A stretch of DNA of 32,562 nucleotides from Octopus bimaculoides (taxonomy: Eukaryota): positions 170,284,678-170,317,239 of the forward strand of contig NC_068982.1 of NCBI RefSeq assembly GCF_001194135.2, read 5' to 3'. Position 1 is the first letter of the stretch. Each line of letters opens with the position of its first letter. Shown here in pieces: positions 10,724 through 21,789 of this stretch. The notes below the pieces were generated by a model, which did not search any database, was not told where the DNA came from, and worked only from the letters and a program-made list of their open reading frames with translations. A program made the translations under genes and the position numbers.

Positions 10724-10902
10724 ACTAGTTTCAAATGTTGGCACAAGGCCAACAATTTCGGGGCAGGATTGAGTCGATTACATCGACATCCCGAAAGGAT
10801 GACAGGCAATGTTTACCTCGGCGGAATTTAAACACTGAACGTAAGAAGCGAATAAACGTCGCTAATCATTTTGCCCGGCGTGCTGACGATTCTACTTGCA
10901 CC
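10724..10902 (-). mobile_element. tRNA-derived SINE with internal deletion
   Basis: GGCACAAGGCC...GATTACATCGAC|ATCCCGAAAGGATG...CTCGGCGGAATTTAAAC...GCCCGGCGTGCTGACGATTC is the reverse complement of the family. The segment between two ATCGAC motifs is missing. Confidence 0.8.
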
Positions 10903-10924
10903 CCGGTTTTGAAAGAATGTTAAA

Positions 10925-11140
10925 CACTGATTTAAAATTTTGACGCAAGGCCAGCAATTTCGGGGCAGAAGTAAGCCGATTTCATCGATTCCAGAACTCA
11001 ACTCGTACTTACCTTTCCGACCCCGAAATGATAAAAGGCGAAGTCGATCCCGTCGGAATTTGAACGCTGATCGTAAGGATGAACAAAACGCCGCTTAACA
11101 CTTTGCTCGGCATGATAACAATTATGCCAGGTCTCCGCCT
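10925..11140 (-). mobile_element. tRNA-derived SINE
   Basis: CAAGGCCAGCAATTTCGGGG...CCGACCCCGAAATGATAAAAGGCGAAGTCGA...GGAATTTGAAC...CTCCGCCT. Confidence 0.8.
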
Positions 11141-11167
11141 GAAACAAAATTAAATATTGCAGGCTCT

Positions 11168-11345
11168 TTATTTACATTATTTACGTTAGGAATGAGAGCC
11201 CAGGTTCGAAATTTCCGCAAGACACCTGATGAAGGCTTGAGGGTATATCAGCCGAAACGTTGTGTTAACAACAAACAAGATGAGGACAAATATCCGTCAA
11301 ATGTAAATAATGTAAATAATTCCTCATTTCTTAAATATAGAACTG
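11168..11345 (+). mobile_element. 178-bp hammerhead-bearing PLE/retrozyme-like insertion with inverted 5' end and probable target-site duplication
   Basis: Perfect 17-bp inverted repeat (11168-11184 and 11303-11319). Flanking direct repeat TATTGCAGGCTCT (11155-11167) and TATTGCAAGCTCT (11346-11358), 12/13 identical. Internal hammerhead motif. Confidence 0.8.
11221..11266 (+). ncRNA. Minimal type I hammerhead ribozyme motif (HHR-2)
   Basis: GACAC CTGATGA A GGCT-(12 nt)-AGCC GAAA C GT T GTGTT. Canonical CUGAUGA and GAAA boxes, stem I GACAC/GUGUU, palindromic AACGTT stem III, GUU triplet. Predicted cleavage after 11261. Confidence 0.85.
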
Positions 11346-11439
11346 TATTGCAAGCTCTCTTAACCGATACTCTATATATACAGCCCTCTTTTAATGCGAA
11401 TATAACAATTTCCAATGTAAGCACAGAGTAGAAACTTAT

Positions 11440-11990
11440 AGTGAGGTGAGAAATCGAGTTGATTACATCGTTTCAGTATTTGACTGGTAATTTACTTTTA
11501 CGAACGTAGGGACACGATATAAACGCAGGACATAAGGCTTCCCTAAACAAATGACATATTTATGAAAAACACTTTTTCAAATTAATTTTTATGATTTATA
11601 ACAGTCCCAATAAAAGAAAGGTTTATGATTTGGTATATCCAATTTAATCGATAACAATACTTGATTAGTACTTTTTGTAAAGAACAAGGGAAGATAGAAG
11701 TAAAGATTAACTTCGCCTGGGACTTGAAGTCATAACGTAGCAAGACCTACAACAATATACCACAAATCACTTTGACCGACACTTTAACGATTCTGTGCAT
11801 CCTGTTCAATGCAATAATAATTGTTTGTAAAATAGATACAAAACTAAAAATTTACGGGAGAGAATTAATCGATTGTATCAAACAAGAACCTAACCTTATG
11901 GACTCAAGAGATGAGATAAAGCACAAAGTAGATCTTGGTGTTATTTGAACTCAGATTGTCAAAATCCAGAGCAGTTATTGGAAGACATCT
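11440..11990 (-). mobile_element. Three further decayed SINE fragments (~11440-11510, ~11600-11790, ~11830-11990)
   Basis: GATTACATCG...GACTGGTA, GACTTGAAGTCATAACGTA...TAACGATTCTG and ATTTGAACTCAGA motifs, all in minus orientation. Confidence 0.5.
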
Positions 11991-12423
11991 TGCCATACGC
12001 TTTAACAATTCTCTCAGTTTGCCGCCTATTTTTTTTTTTTGATACAATAATAACTACATAATATTGTTTGGACTTTAATCTAATTAATTCTAAATTTTTA
12101 ATATTTATTATAGTAGTTACAGAAGTTAGATGTTTTAACTTTATTGTCTGTACTATATCGTTTATTGTATATAGTTTTATGCAAATAGGAAAATAATATA
12201 TATAAAATATCAAAAGCCATCGATAATTTTTAATTAAAAAAATCTTTAATATACAATCAAAAGTCTCGCGCAAACTCAAAAAAAAGAGAGGAAAAATTTA
12301 TTAATATATACAAAGTAAAAGTTTCAGTATGAAACAATATAAATAAGCATACATACATACATACATACATACATATGTCCGTATATATGCTTAGTATTTA
12401 GTTATGTATGTATGCATGTCTAT

Positions 12424-12429
12424 TATCTA

Positions 12430-12463
<34 letters not shown>

Positions 12464-12464
12464 C

Positions 12465-12526
<62 letters not shown>

Positions 12527-12550
12527 GTTTCTTTCTTTCTTTCTTTCTAT
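12424..12550. repeat. Compound (TC)n/(TCTA)n/(TTTC)n microsatellite
   Basis: Seen directly. Confidence 0.95.
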
Positions 12551-12623
12551 CTAACTGTATACACAACTCAAGGTTAAATTTAAGAACCAGCTCAGAATTT
12601 CACATTAGTTTATTGCTACAGGC

Positions 12624-12976
12624 CAGTGGCTCCCAACCCGAGGTCCGCGGATCTATAGTGGTCTGCAAAGTTAGTACTGGGGGTCCGTGAACTAAATTCA
12701 AAGTTTCATATATATATATATATACCGGAGTAAGCACATGAAATGTGCAACAAGGTGGAAAAAAGAGTACTCAAATACCAGAGGTAGAGTAATATGCTTT
12801 ATTTAAAAGCAGCAGAAATATTTAAAAAAAAAACCGTTACTCTGAGTTTCACGTTCCCGTTCATNNNNNNNNNNTATATATAAGCATATTAAAACGTGTC
12901 TGTGGGAAAACTCATTTAAATAAAACGGTTGGGAGTCACTGCTGGAGACCACTATAAAAAAGTTGGGAAACCACTG
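12624..12976. mobile_element. hAT (Charlie-type) MITE interrupted by a PLE-like fragment
   Basis: Left TIR CAGTGGCTCCCAACC (12624-12638). Right TIR GGTTGGGAGTCACTG (12927-12941, 14/15 match). Second right TIR-like AGTTGGGAAACCACTG (12961-12976). Candidate 8-bp TSDs match only 5/8. Confidence 0.65.
12834..12864 (-). ncRNA. Partial type I hammerhead motif (HHR-3), 5' end lost in the N-gap
   Basis: Minus strand reads [gap]ATGA ACG-GGAA-CGT GAAA CTC A GAG TA ACGG. Stem II 3 bp, near-palindromic stem III ACTCAGAGT, GUA triplet. It lies in a distinct ~140-bp insert (12724-12864) between (TA)n tracts. Confidence 0.55.
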
Positions 12977-13089
12977 GTATAGGTACTACAATGGCACATA
13001 TTTTAACTATTGTGAAGGTTAACCGCGAAGTTCCCTATACTTTATATATTACAAATGGAAATTATATAGACCAAGAATAGAGTAGCAAA

Positions 13090-14150
13090 GTTAATCTGAG
13101 CTTCGTTTAGATTAAGAATATAAATAGGTGTACCACGTGATGTTGAGGAAATGTTTTGATGGCATCGAAGTTTCCACATTGAGCTGGACAGGAAGATGGA
13201 GTTTCCCTTGTTCTGCACACAAAGGAGTGTATATGTTGCATTTGGCTTCCATTAGAATCATTGGCTCTCATGCTCATCGCGTTGGAGTGGTTTTATTGAA
13301 CACAGCCTTTTAGGGACAGGATCCTCTCATTGGACAGCTGTTAGAAGTTCTGATGTTACAGATCGGATTGTGGGCGGAATGCTGTGTAACTTCCGTTTAC
13401 TTCCTATTCTAGTGTGCAATTTTGGAGTGTGTATTATCTAAGCATACGTTACTAACCTTGATGTTATGGGAATTCTAACATCAAGATCTGTACGTTTTTT
13501 TTGGAAAATGCGTGTTAATCAGGGCCAGGAACCCCTAGCAATATTAGTAGAAATAAATAGATTGAATAGAGGTTTAAACAATTTTTTCTTTTTAAATCAC
13601 TTGGTATTTGCTATACTCCATATATATCATCTCACTTTGTATTTGTTATAGTCCATGTACACCGTCTTTTCGGTAAATCCACTCCTCGTTTATGCCTTGT
13701 TATAGTGGCCACGACCCTATTAGAGCTCTTTGTGCTCACCGAGACATTGGGACTTCTGATATTTGCGACAAGATTTCTAATTTTAGCTAGTTGGTGATTC
13801 TAGTGTTTTATGAATATGAGAACTTTCCTCGTCGGTATTTTGTGTGAATATTAATTGCTTCCGCTATCAATATGTAGTTTTACATCTAGCAAATGCAATA
13901 TTGGTTGCTAACAGCAGCAGCTACGTCCAACTCGTTGAAGATAACTATAACATTCATAGAATTCATTCTTCATGCATACGGTACCCTTTCATATAGCGTG
14001 AGAGTGCTAGACTATCACCATTGTATGACGGAACTAAGCTTGCTGACCTTGTTAGTTAACTCTTCCTGGATACTCTAAACATAATCGTACGCCATATTTA
14101 CAGTTCCACTTTAAACATACAATCACCAACACCTACGCTTACGGAGTTTA
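13090..14150 (-). mobile_element. Decayed Penelope-like retroelement ORF (RT core through GIY-YIG region)
   Basis: Hand translation across frameshifts: SYNGDSLA (decayed LYRDDGLA, ~14028-14005), LLDVKLHIDSGS, YNKA*TRSGFTEK, STNIAR/FLALINTHFPK, HNIKVSNVCLDN...AH*NRK, CNIRTSNSCPMRGSC (13360-13316), LSSSMWKLR, NITW. The order is colinear with Penelope-type polyproteins as I recall them. Confidence 0.85.
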
Positions 14151-14658
14151 TATCATCTTTCATTAATCTCTAACCTTCCCAAAATAAGCATCATTCATAC
14201 GCAGTCTAGACGCTACTCTTCTGCAACCAAAATACTGAGGACACTCCTCAAATCAAGAAAAAGTCACCATAACAAATACGTCACTAAATATCAGTAGTAT
14301 TCAGTTAGAGCTCTCGTAATCAAAGAAATGTTGAGTCTTACTATCACCGGGGAACGCTCTCGGTGAAAGCACCATCTATAATGAAACATGCAGCAGTGTG
14401 AACATCCTGATACGTTTTAACAGTAAAAAAGGCAAACAAAAAAGGAAAAGAAATAAGTAAAAGATATTATGCTTAAACAAGTAGTCATTTGCATGCAATT
14501 AGTAAACTAATCGAACGAAAAGTTATTTTCCGTAACGGTTGCGCTCGTATATCACTGAAGCGTAACATTTTTGAATAGGCAAAACTTGCTCGAACTAAAT
14601 GTGCTAATAGAAACACTCCAAACGAAACGGTTGTAATGATTTCCTTTGCAATCATTAG

Positions 14659-14748
14659 CTAAGCTTTTCTGTTATCATTTATCAATGTTCCATCTCGTAT
14701 TTCATCAGCCGTAAATTCATCATCGACCTCGTGTATTAATTTCAAATG
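14659..14748 (-). CDS. Candidate terminal coding exon of an unidentified gene (HLKLIHEVDDEFTADEIRDGTLINDNRKA*)
   Basis: Strong acceptor T10-GTTTTCTTTTATACAG directly before 14748. The phase-0 frame is open to TAG at 14661-14659, while the other two frames close early. No homology or partner exon recognised. Confidence 0.3.
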   Translation of the reverse strand, partial: HLKLIHEVDDEFTADEIRDGTLINDNRKA

Positions 14749-15639
14749 CTGTATAAAAGAAAACAAAAAAAAAACAATAACACATTCTATAGCAACACAA
14801 TATATTACTTCCAAAATGTTACACTGATTGTTGCATTTTAACACGCAGGATATCCAAGAAAGATATGAAATACATCCGGTGCAGTAACTGGTCTAGAACT
14901 AGCCTTCATGCAAGTGTGAAATATATTTGAGAGAAACGAAAAGGAATAAATAAAGATATGAACATTAAATAGTATAAAAATATTTCAATCGTGGCATAAA
15001 TAGAGGATCCAAAGATTAGGATGAGTCATTCGCCTGCACTTAATAATAAACATTAAATTATTAATGAGTTTTAATAAAGGTAATTGATTTTCAAAATGTA
15101 CAGAGGTATTGATTAAATCAATATAATGTAATGATTGCACTTCCTTACTGGGTTTCTCTTGCGAGTGTACGGCTTTCACTCTTTCATATTATGTGATTCA
15201 GTGTGTGCATAAATATATATGTATGAATGTTTATGCATATATGTCTGTATACATACAAACACTGACACACCGATATGTATATATTTATGTATGCATGTGT
15301 GTATATATATTTATATTATATAAGGATACATAATATATATATATACATATATACGTATATATGTATCTATGCATATAATCTTACATACACGCTCATTTAC
15401 ATTTATATACATGGACATATACATATGTATGTGCATGCTCTTAAGTATTTTAGCTAACACAGCCAAAGCATAGCTGGAGCACCGCCTTCACATTTGTTTG
15501 TTCTTTAGCACTTGAGTTACCTCTCCATAAAAATTCTTGTATTTTAATTTCTTTTTAAGCACTTGGTATTTGTATAGAGCGACTATCAAACGGGGGGAGA
15601 TTACACAATTTTAGTTGTAGACTTTTAAAGAGAGCTGAT

Positions 15640-15930
15640 CTGGTGTGTGTTATAAAAATGCATGTAGATACTTTTACAAAGTGAGCGGGAAAACATTCAC
15701 CAGGTTTCCTAGATAATTTGAGACCAGTGTACAACTGAAGACATTTAGATGACAAAGTGGTGGAGTATATTTTTTAGATGCGGAGGAAGAACAAGAGTGT
15801 ATTTCTGTATGATAGCAGCTTCTACTTTTCTTGGTCACATATACCAAAATTTTAAAACAAGAATATCAAGAATATTCCACAGAATTTCCATCGGCATTTA
15901 AGAGCATAGACACATAGCGCTCACATCCAT
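15640..15930 (+). mobile_element. Possible very old pogo/Tigger-like DDE transposase relic
   Basis: Fragments PVYN, *MTK, RKNKSVFLYDSS and PSAFKSID loosely follow the pogo order (PVxY...AWMT...RKxLLxLDN...TSxLQPxD). Weak. Confidence 0.25.
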
Positions 15931-16303
15931 TCCTAGCAGTTCTATGATTTTTGTAGGTGAATGCCTTTTTTTCTATGTGTCTGATCATCTGTTGAATAAT
16001 ACCAGGTGTGCCACGTGAAAGTTGTGGAGAGCAGTTGTCTTAAAATCTCAGAACCATCACATACAAACGCGCGCGCACACATACGCACGCACACACGCAC
16101 GCACATACACACATACACACGCATACACGTGCATACACATGCATACACACGCATACACACACACATGCTCATACATGTATATGCCGCCTGGCTCTTCGGT
16201 TGCCTGCTTGTGAGCACTTCACAGACACGCGTACCCTTATCTTACTTCTCAGGAAGTATTCAGCATAAGACACAATGGGAAAGGACTGACCCTTTAAATT
16301 ACA

Positions 16304-16315
16304 CATACATACATA

Positions 16316-16379
<64 letters not shown>
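16304..16379. repeat. (CA)n microsatellite
   Basis: Seen directly. Confidence 0.95.
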
Positions 16380-16380
<1 letters not shown>

Positions 16381-16404
16381 GTGAATGTGTGTTTGTGTGT
16401 GTTT

Positions 16405-16530
16405 GCCCAGCGGCGTTTCGTCCGTCTTTTCTTTCTGATTTCTAATGTAGCAGTTGAGACCTAAAGTCGATGTAATTGACTTAACTCCTCCCAAATTGCT
16501 GGTCTTGTACCAAAATGTGAAACCTATTTG
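16405..16530 (+). mobile_element. SINE copy lacking the central core (head joined to tail)
   Basis: GCGGCGTTTCGTCCGTCTTT...TTCTGA (head) followed directly by CAGTTGAG...GTCGATGTAATTGACTTAA...CTTGTACCAAAAT (tail). Confidence 0.55.
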
Positions 16531-16646
16531 AATAAGGATAAAATAATTTATGATAGTAGATCTAGTGAGACAAAAGAATAAATTTATAACGTGAATGATT
16601 AAGAAACATTGAATCTATAATATGTTTTCTAGAGACGCTTTGTTCA

Positions 16647-16750
16647 AATTTGAGCCTACAGTTATAATCAGCTAAAAATATATGATAATGAGCTTTATTG
16701 AAAGCTCATTATCATATATTTTTAGTTGATTATAAGTGTAGGCTCAAATT
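16647..16750. repeat. 104-bp near-perfect palindrome
   Basis: 50-bp arms at 16647-16696 and 16701-16750 with spacer ATTG. 48/50 Watson-Crick pairs, one G-T and one G-G. Confidence 0.95.
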
Positions 16751-17044
16751 AAGTATACATAACTTTACCACTTTAAGTTATGGTACGTATACAAACATGC
16801 ATTGCTAATAGTTGAGCCACATTGTTAATTTAGCAGTGAGCCGTGCTGCAGCCCATTTTTTTCGCATACATATATTCGCTCATTTATATGTGTAGAGGTT
16901 GCATTGCATTTACTCCTGAAATTTATTGCGCTGTCCTTCTGAGACATTGAGAGTAACCAGCTAAGTTACTTGTGCACTTGTTTATAAATGTTCCAGGTTT
17001 CTCTATCGATTTTCAATGGTTTTGAAAGACCTGATATTTTTCCG

Positions 17045-17135
17045 GTGACAGACGGCGATGTGCGAACTTATAGCATAGGAAGACGGAACAAATATTGCGA
17101 AGCATTCTACCCAATGCTCTAACGAGATATGTAAA
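17045..17135 (-). mobile_element. Decayed SINE head fragment
   Basis: AGACGGAACAAATATTGCGAAGCATTCTACCCAATGCTCTAACGA resembles the reverse complement of the SINE head. Confidence 0.4.
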
Positions 17136-17432
17136 TGAATGTGCACGCATGTATGCGTGCGTGTGTGCCCGGGCGCGTGTTGTGTGTGCATCAGTGTTTG
17201 TGTTTACGTTTAACACAAAAGATTTGTCGAGTTGCTTTACACGCCTACCTAGCTATTCGGCGAACAGAGAGGGCTAAAATAAAAAATAGACTAAAATAAA
17301 TATTGGTTATGTGGTTAGTAATATTGATTAAAAAAGTCTGAATGAAGTGAATTCCCCAGCTTTGTTACAGTCAATTATAAGAAACAAGAGTAAAAGTAAA
17401 AAACATATAACCTTTTAATATAGTGTTTTTCG

Positions 17433-17434
<2 letters not shown>

Positions 17435-17488
<54 letters not shown>
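17435..17488. repeat. (CA)n microsatellite
   Basis: Seen directly. Confidence 0.95.
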
Positions 17489-17491
<3 letters not shown>

Positions 17492-18077
17492 ACGAACACA
17501 TTCGTGTGTAAGCGTGTACGTGTACTTGATTGATTTGCGTGAAAGATAAATGAAAATTCCGTCACGATGTTCGACGTGAATTCCAATGGTTGGCTCAGCG
17601 GACATAACCATCCATTTTATTATACACCAGATAAACTTTTACTCTTAAACGTTTTTGCAAATATCATCAGTGTGTTACATCATGTGAGTAGGCTGACACT
17701 TTGAAATACATATATTGCACATTCAAAAGTCTTCAACTCATAAAACTTGGGGTGAACTATGTTTTATGAGAGAAATCGAAGCGATCCATGTTTGATGAGT
17801 ATAATTGGTGAGATGTTTACGGCAGCAATACTTTGACAAGGTGCAGTACATTACAATGAAACGTAAAGACCTTATGATTATCAAGCAGATACATTTAATA
17901 TTCTGCTATGCTTTACTTATATGTGTCTCTATGTAAAGATATACCACCGGATATGTGAAAGATAAGAAGATAAACAGAAATCTATACTCAGATGAATACA
18001 GAGATAAACTTTAGTATTTAGCTTTTCCATCTATTTAGGTATGTGTATGAATAGAAACACACACTCTTGCGCGCATA

Positions 18078-18188
<111 letters not shown>

Positions 18189-19443
18189 GCACTTGCTTAT
18201 ATATATATTTACTTAATTCTTTCTTGCTCTCTTACTTAGAATATGTGTGTGGGTGTGCGCGTATAGATAGATATACATATATACATATATATGTACATAA
18301 TAACATCTATACATACACACACAAATGTATGTACGCATGCATGTGTTTTTGCGTGTGAGTTTAAGCATGCGTTTATATGCTTTTTAACTACATTTTAGGA
18401 CTAGTTGGAATACATTAATGCGATGCAGAAAAATCTATTATGTGTGTCTTTGTAAGAAACGTGTTCTACTTTCTGTTCGAGAGGTTATATCTTAGCCCTT
18501 TGTATCGACCGTCATTCCGTTGCCACGAAAAATAAAGCACTCTAATTGCCTTGCACCTCTTACCGAGTTGTATCACAGCCTTTAGCTTTCACATAATTAC
18601 ATCTCTTTTGTAATGTCTTTAAATATATCTGCAGCCCACCTGTTCCCGTTACGGAATATTTGCCCAGGGGAAAACTTTGATATTGAAAAAAACACCTTTT
18701 ATTGAGTTTTCTAATTTTCACTGATAATAATCGTAGATTTTGAATCTAAATTACTTTCACCTTGTTGCGACACGTCATTACATTCACTTGACTAGTATTG
18801 TAAAATTTTCAGCTATTTGGACCTTGTCTGATGAACATTATTCTTTCTTCGCTCTCAGGAGCTCCGTAATCTTTTTTTTTTCTTCCACCTATATCGTCAT
18901 ATCTAAAAATTTATTTGTAATTATTTTTCGTTTTCTTGCTTTTTGTTTTTCCTTATCAAATATTCATCTATCAATTTCAAAATACCTATCAATAGATCAC
19001 ATCTTCTATTACTGTATATAGAAACTAATTTTTGTGTGAACTAATGATTTTTTATTAGTAAAGAAGTAAAAGAAATATTCTTTGACCGTGTGAAGATAAG
19101 TTATTCCCCACGATGTGCTTCCGTAGCTTTGTTGGTAATATATCACTTATTCGCGTATCTTAGGTCATATGTATGTATGCTATTAAAGGAAATTGTGATA
19201 CAGTGAGATCGGGGGTGGCGTATTGCAATAGCTGTTCTATATTTGCTCCTCAAACACCAAGTATTTGCCAAAAGGGACGCATATGCAACTACGATCGACG
19301 TACTAACGATGAGATACATATATCTTTAAAATCAAAACCTGCCTTCTTAAACAGAGAACCGCATAAGATAATATATAATTAGATATGCGTTGGTTAAATA
19401 GAAAAATGGAATGATGACAACTGAAAAGCATAAGCACGCCGGC

Positions 19444-19444
<1 letters not shown>

Positions 19445-19514
<70 letters not shown>

Positions 19515-19560
19515 CGTGTGTGTGTGCGTGCGTGTGTGCGTGTGTGTGCGTGTGTGTGTA
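19445..19560. repeat. (TA)n/(GT)n/(GCGT)n microsatellite
   Basis: Seen directly. Confidence 0.95.
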
Positions 19561-19562
19561 TA

Positions 19563-20422
19563 CGGGATGCGATAGGTTAATTGTCGATATTTTATATTTT
19601 TAATTTCGCGCATGCACATGTTTGATATTAATGTTGTCGACTACACGGTATTGTAGGGTCAGTTGGGCACCGTGTGTGAGAGAAACAGCGTCATAACGGT
19701 ATTCACTGTACCACAATTTGGGAATGATATGCTGTACTATTTGGCATTCGGGCCGAAAGCTCCAATATGAACATTTCAGAATGTTTAGGTGTGAATCTGA
19801 GGACAGTGTAATCTGAGGACATGTACCGAGAATGATAAAAAACCAAACATCCAGGTAACATCATGCTGTTTGGAATGATCACTAGTGATAGCAACGTTAT
19901 GCCTTCATTCATCTGCCCACACAGCCTCAGACTCAACACAGAGGCCTACCTCAGGTGCCTAGAAGAGGTAGTGCTGCTCTAGGTCAAGAGGGTGGTTACT
20001 GTAAAATCCTATGTCTGGCAACGGCACTCTGCACCATGCCACATGACTGTCAGACAATTCCTGCGACCACATCACCCCTAGCATCTGGCCACTTATCTTC
20101 CCAGACTGCAACCCCTTTGATTATTACGTGTGGAGCGCAGTTGAGCGAGAGACCAACAAAACTTCTCGTAACACCAAAGATGAACTAAAGGCAAGAATTA
20201 TGGCAGCATTCACCAACTTAAACAAGGAGACCATCCAGAAGAGTTAGAGGAGATTCCAATTTGGCGGCCATAGTTGAAGCGAATGGCAATTTTACTGAAT
20301 AAATTTACTATTTGGTATTTCAAGATATTTTAATGTATTTTTGGTAAATATAACTGTTAAAATGAGAAGTCAATGTTTTCATTTTTGCGTAATTTAAACG
20401 ACAGTTCATTCACCACACCCTG
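19563..20422 (+). mobile_element. Internally deleted IS630-Tc1-mariner element (DDxD, maT-like)
   Basis: HTH relic NISECLGVNLRTV; KTKHPGNIMLFGMITSD (from 19839); YVWQRHSAPCH; WPLIFPDCNPFDYYVWSAVE...KDELKARIMAAF, stop at 20300-20302. Degenerate TIRs (16/25) at 19563 and 20422, left end preceded by TA. The D37D spacing cannot be measured because of a deletion. Confidence 0.88.
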
Positions 20423-21744
20423 TGTATATATATATATATATATATATATGCAATAGATGGCTAGATAGCTAGCTAGATAGATAGATATTAATTCACACTG
20501 CATCCATACTGCAAGTCATCTCATATATGCTCCCTTCTCTGGAGAATTCATTTCAATATAACTCACTTTCAAAGTAGCCGGTAGTATTATTTATTGTTGA
20601 ACTTTTCTGTTTAAATAATTTCTATTTAGTTTTTATAAGATTCAAAGGTAGAACAATAATTTATGTTATAATCATAAACAACTGCATCTTGCAATATTTG
20701 AGGATCTAAACAAACCTGGATACCCATACAGAACAACAAAATGAATTATTAGAAAATAGGGTATACAATATTGGCCTCTTACCTTGAAAAAAGAACTCAT
20801 TAGCATACAATTACGTTGCAGGGTGTCCAAATAAAAATATTACTTAATTTATACAGTACTGTTCTCCAAATATATGAAGCATGTTAAGCAAACATTACAA
20901 TATATTCCCATTATGTCATCTAACATGTTTTGTTATACACTTTTTTACAGATTAAAAAAATACCATTTACATGAAACAATTTGATTAACGCACTCCCTAA
21001 ATTTACAAATAACTTTACACCATTGCACTCAAGAACTCTGTGTAAAAAGTTTGATATACATGTGGTCCTTTCTCATGTTGCGTCGTTTACTTGAAATTTG
21101 TTTATTTTAAAGCAGCAAAACAAATGAGTTTCTTGGTATTAAGTTTTAAATTAACAATAATAGGAGTAATGGTAAAATAAAACTGATTATATTTTTTATT
21201 CACCATAAAGGTTAGAGGAAATACAAAGCAAACACGTTTTACAAATTGGGTTCTTAAAATACACGATAAAAAATAAGTAGCAAAAACTATATTACAACCG
21301 TTATATAAATATGTATGTGTGTACATGTGCAGGTATGCGTGTATATATATATATATNNNNNNNNNNNNNNNNNNNNNNNNNNNNNNNNNNNNNNNNNNNN
21401 NNNNNNNNNNNNNNNNNNNNNNNNNNNNNNNNNNNNNNNNNNNNNNNNNNNNNNNNNNNNNNNNNNNNNNNNNNNNNNNNNNNNNNNNNNNNNNNNNNNN
21501 NNNNNNNNNNNNNNNNNNNNNNNNNNNNNNNNNNNNNNNNNNATGTGCGCGAGTACGTTAGTATATGTGTGTGTAATTATGAAGAAATAGGAAAGAATTT
21601 TCCTTTCAGATATGTTACAGTTGAGACAAAACTATGTTCGAATTTTAATGCATGTTATTAAGTATCCTTTTAGCTTTTATTTTCCTCATTATTCCTTTAT
21701 GCTTACTTTGAATCATTAAATTTCTGATTTCTGATATACATTAG

Positions 21745-21789
21745 TTTTTTAACGTTTCAAAACTTCTCGCGTCCCATCACCAGAATAAA
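21745..21789 (-). ncRNA. Decayed minimal hammerhead-like motif (HHR-4)
   Basis: Minus strand reads TTTATT CTGGTGA T GGGAC-GCGAGAA-GTTTT GAAAC GTT AAAAAA. A6G in the core, stem II with three G-U pairs (possible decay of GTCCC), stem I 5/6, AACGTT stem III. Confidence 0.4.

Noticed and set aside
14845-14887. Plus-strand acceptor-like CACGCAG followed by DIQERYEIHPVQ*
   Set aside because: Weak pyrimidine tract and only 12 codons; expected by chance.
16235-16305. Acceptor-like site followed by GSIQHKTQWERTDP (vaguely WW-like)
   Set aside because: WW spacing is wrong, there is no donor, and it runs into a microsatellite.
17737-17770. 10-bp inverted repeat CTCATAAAAC/GTTTTATGAG
   Set aside because: Short and AT-rich; compatible with chance in 32 kb.
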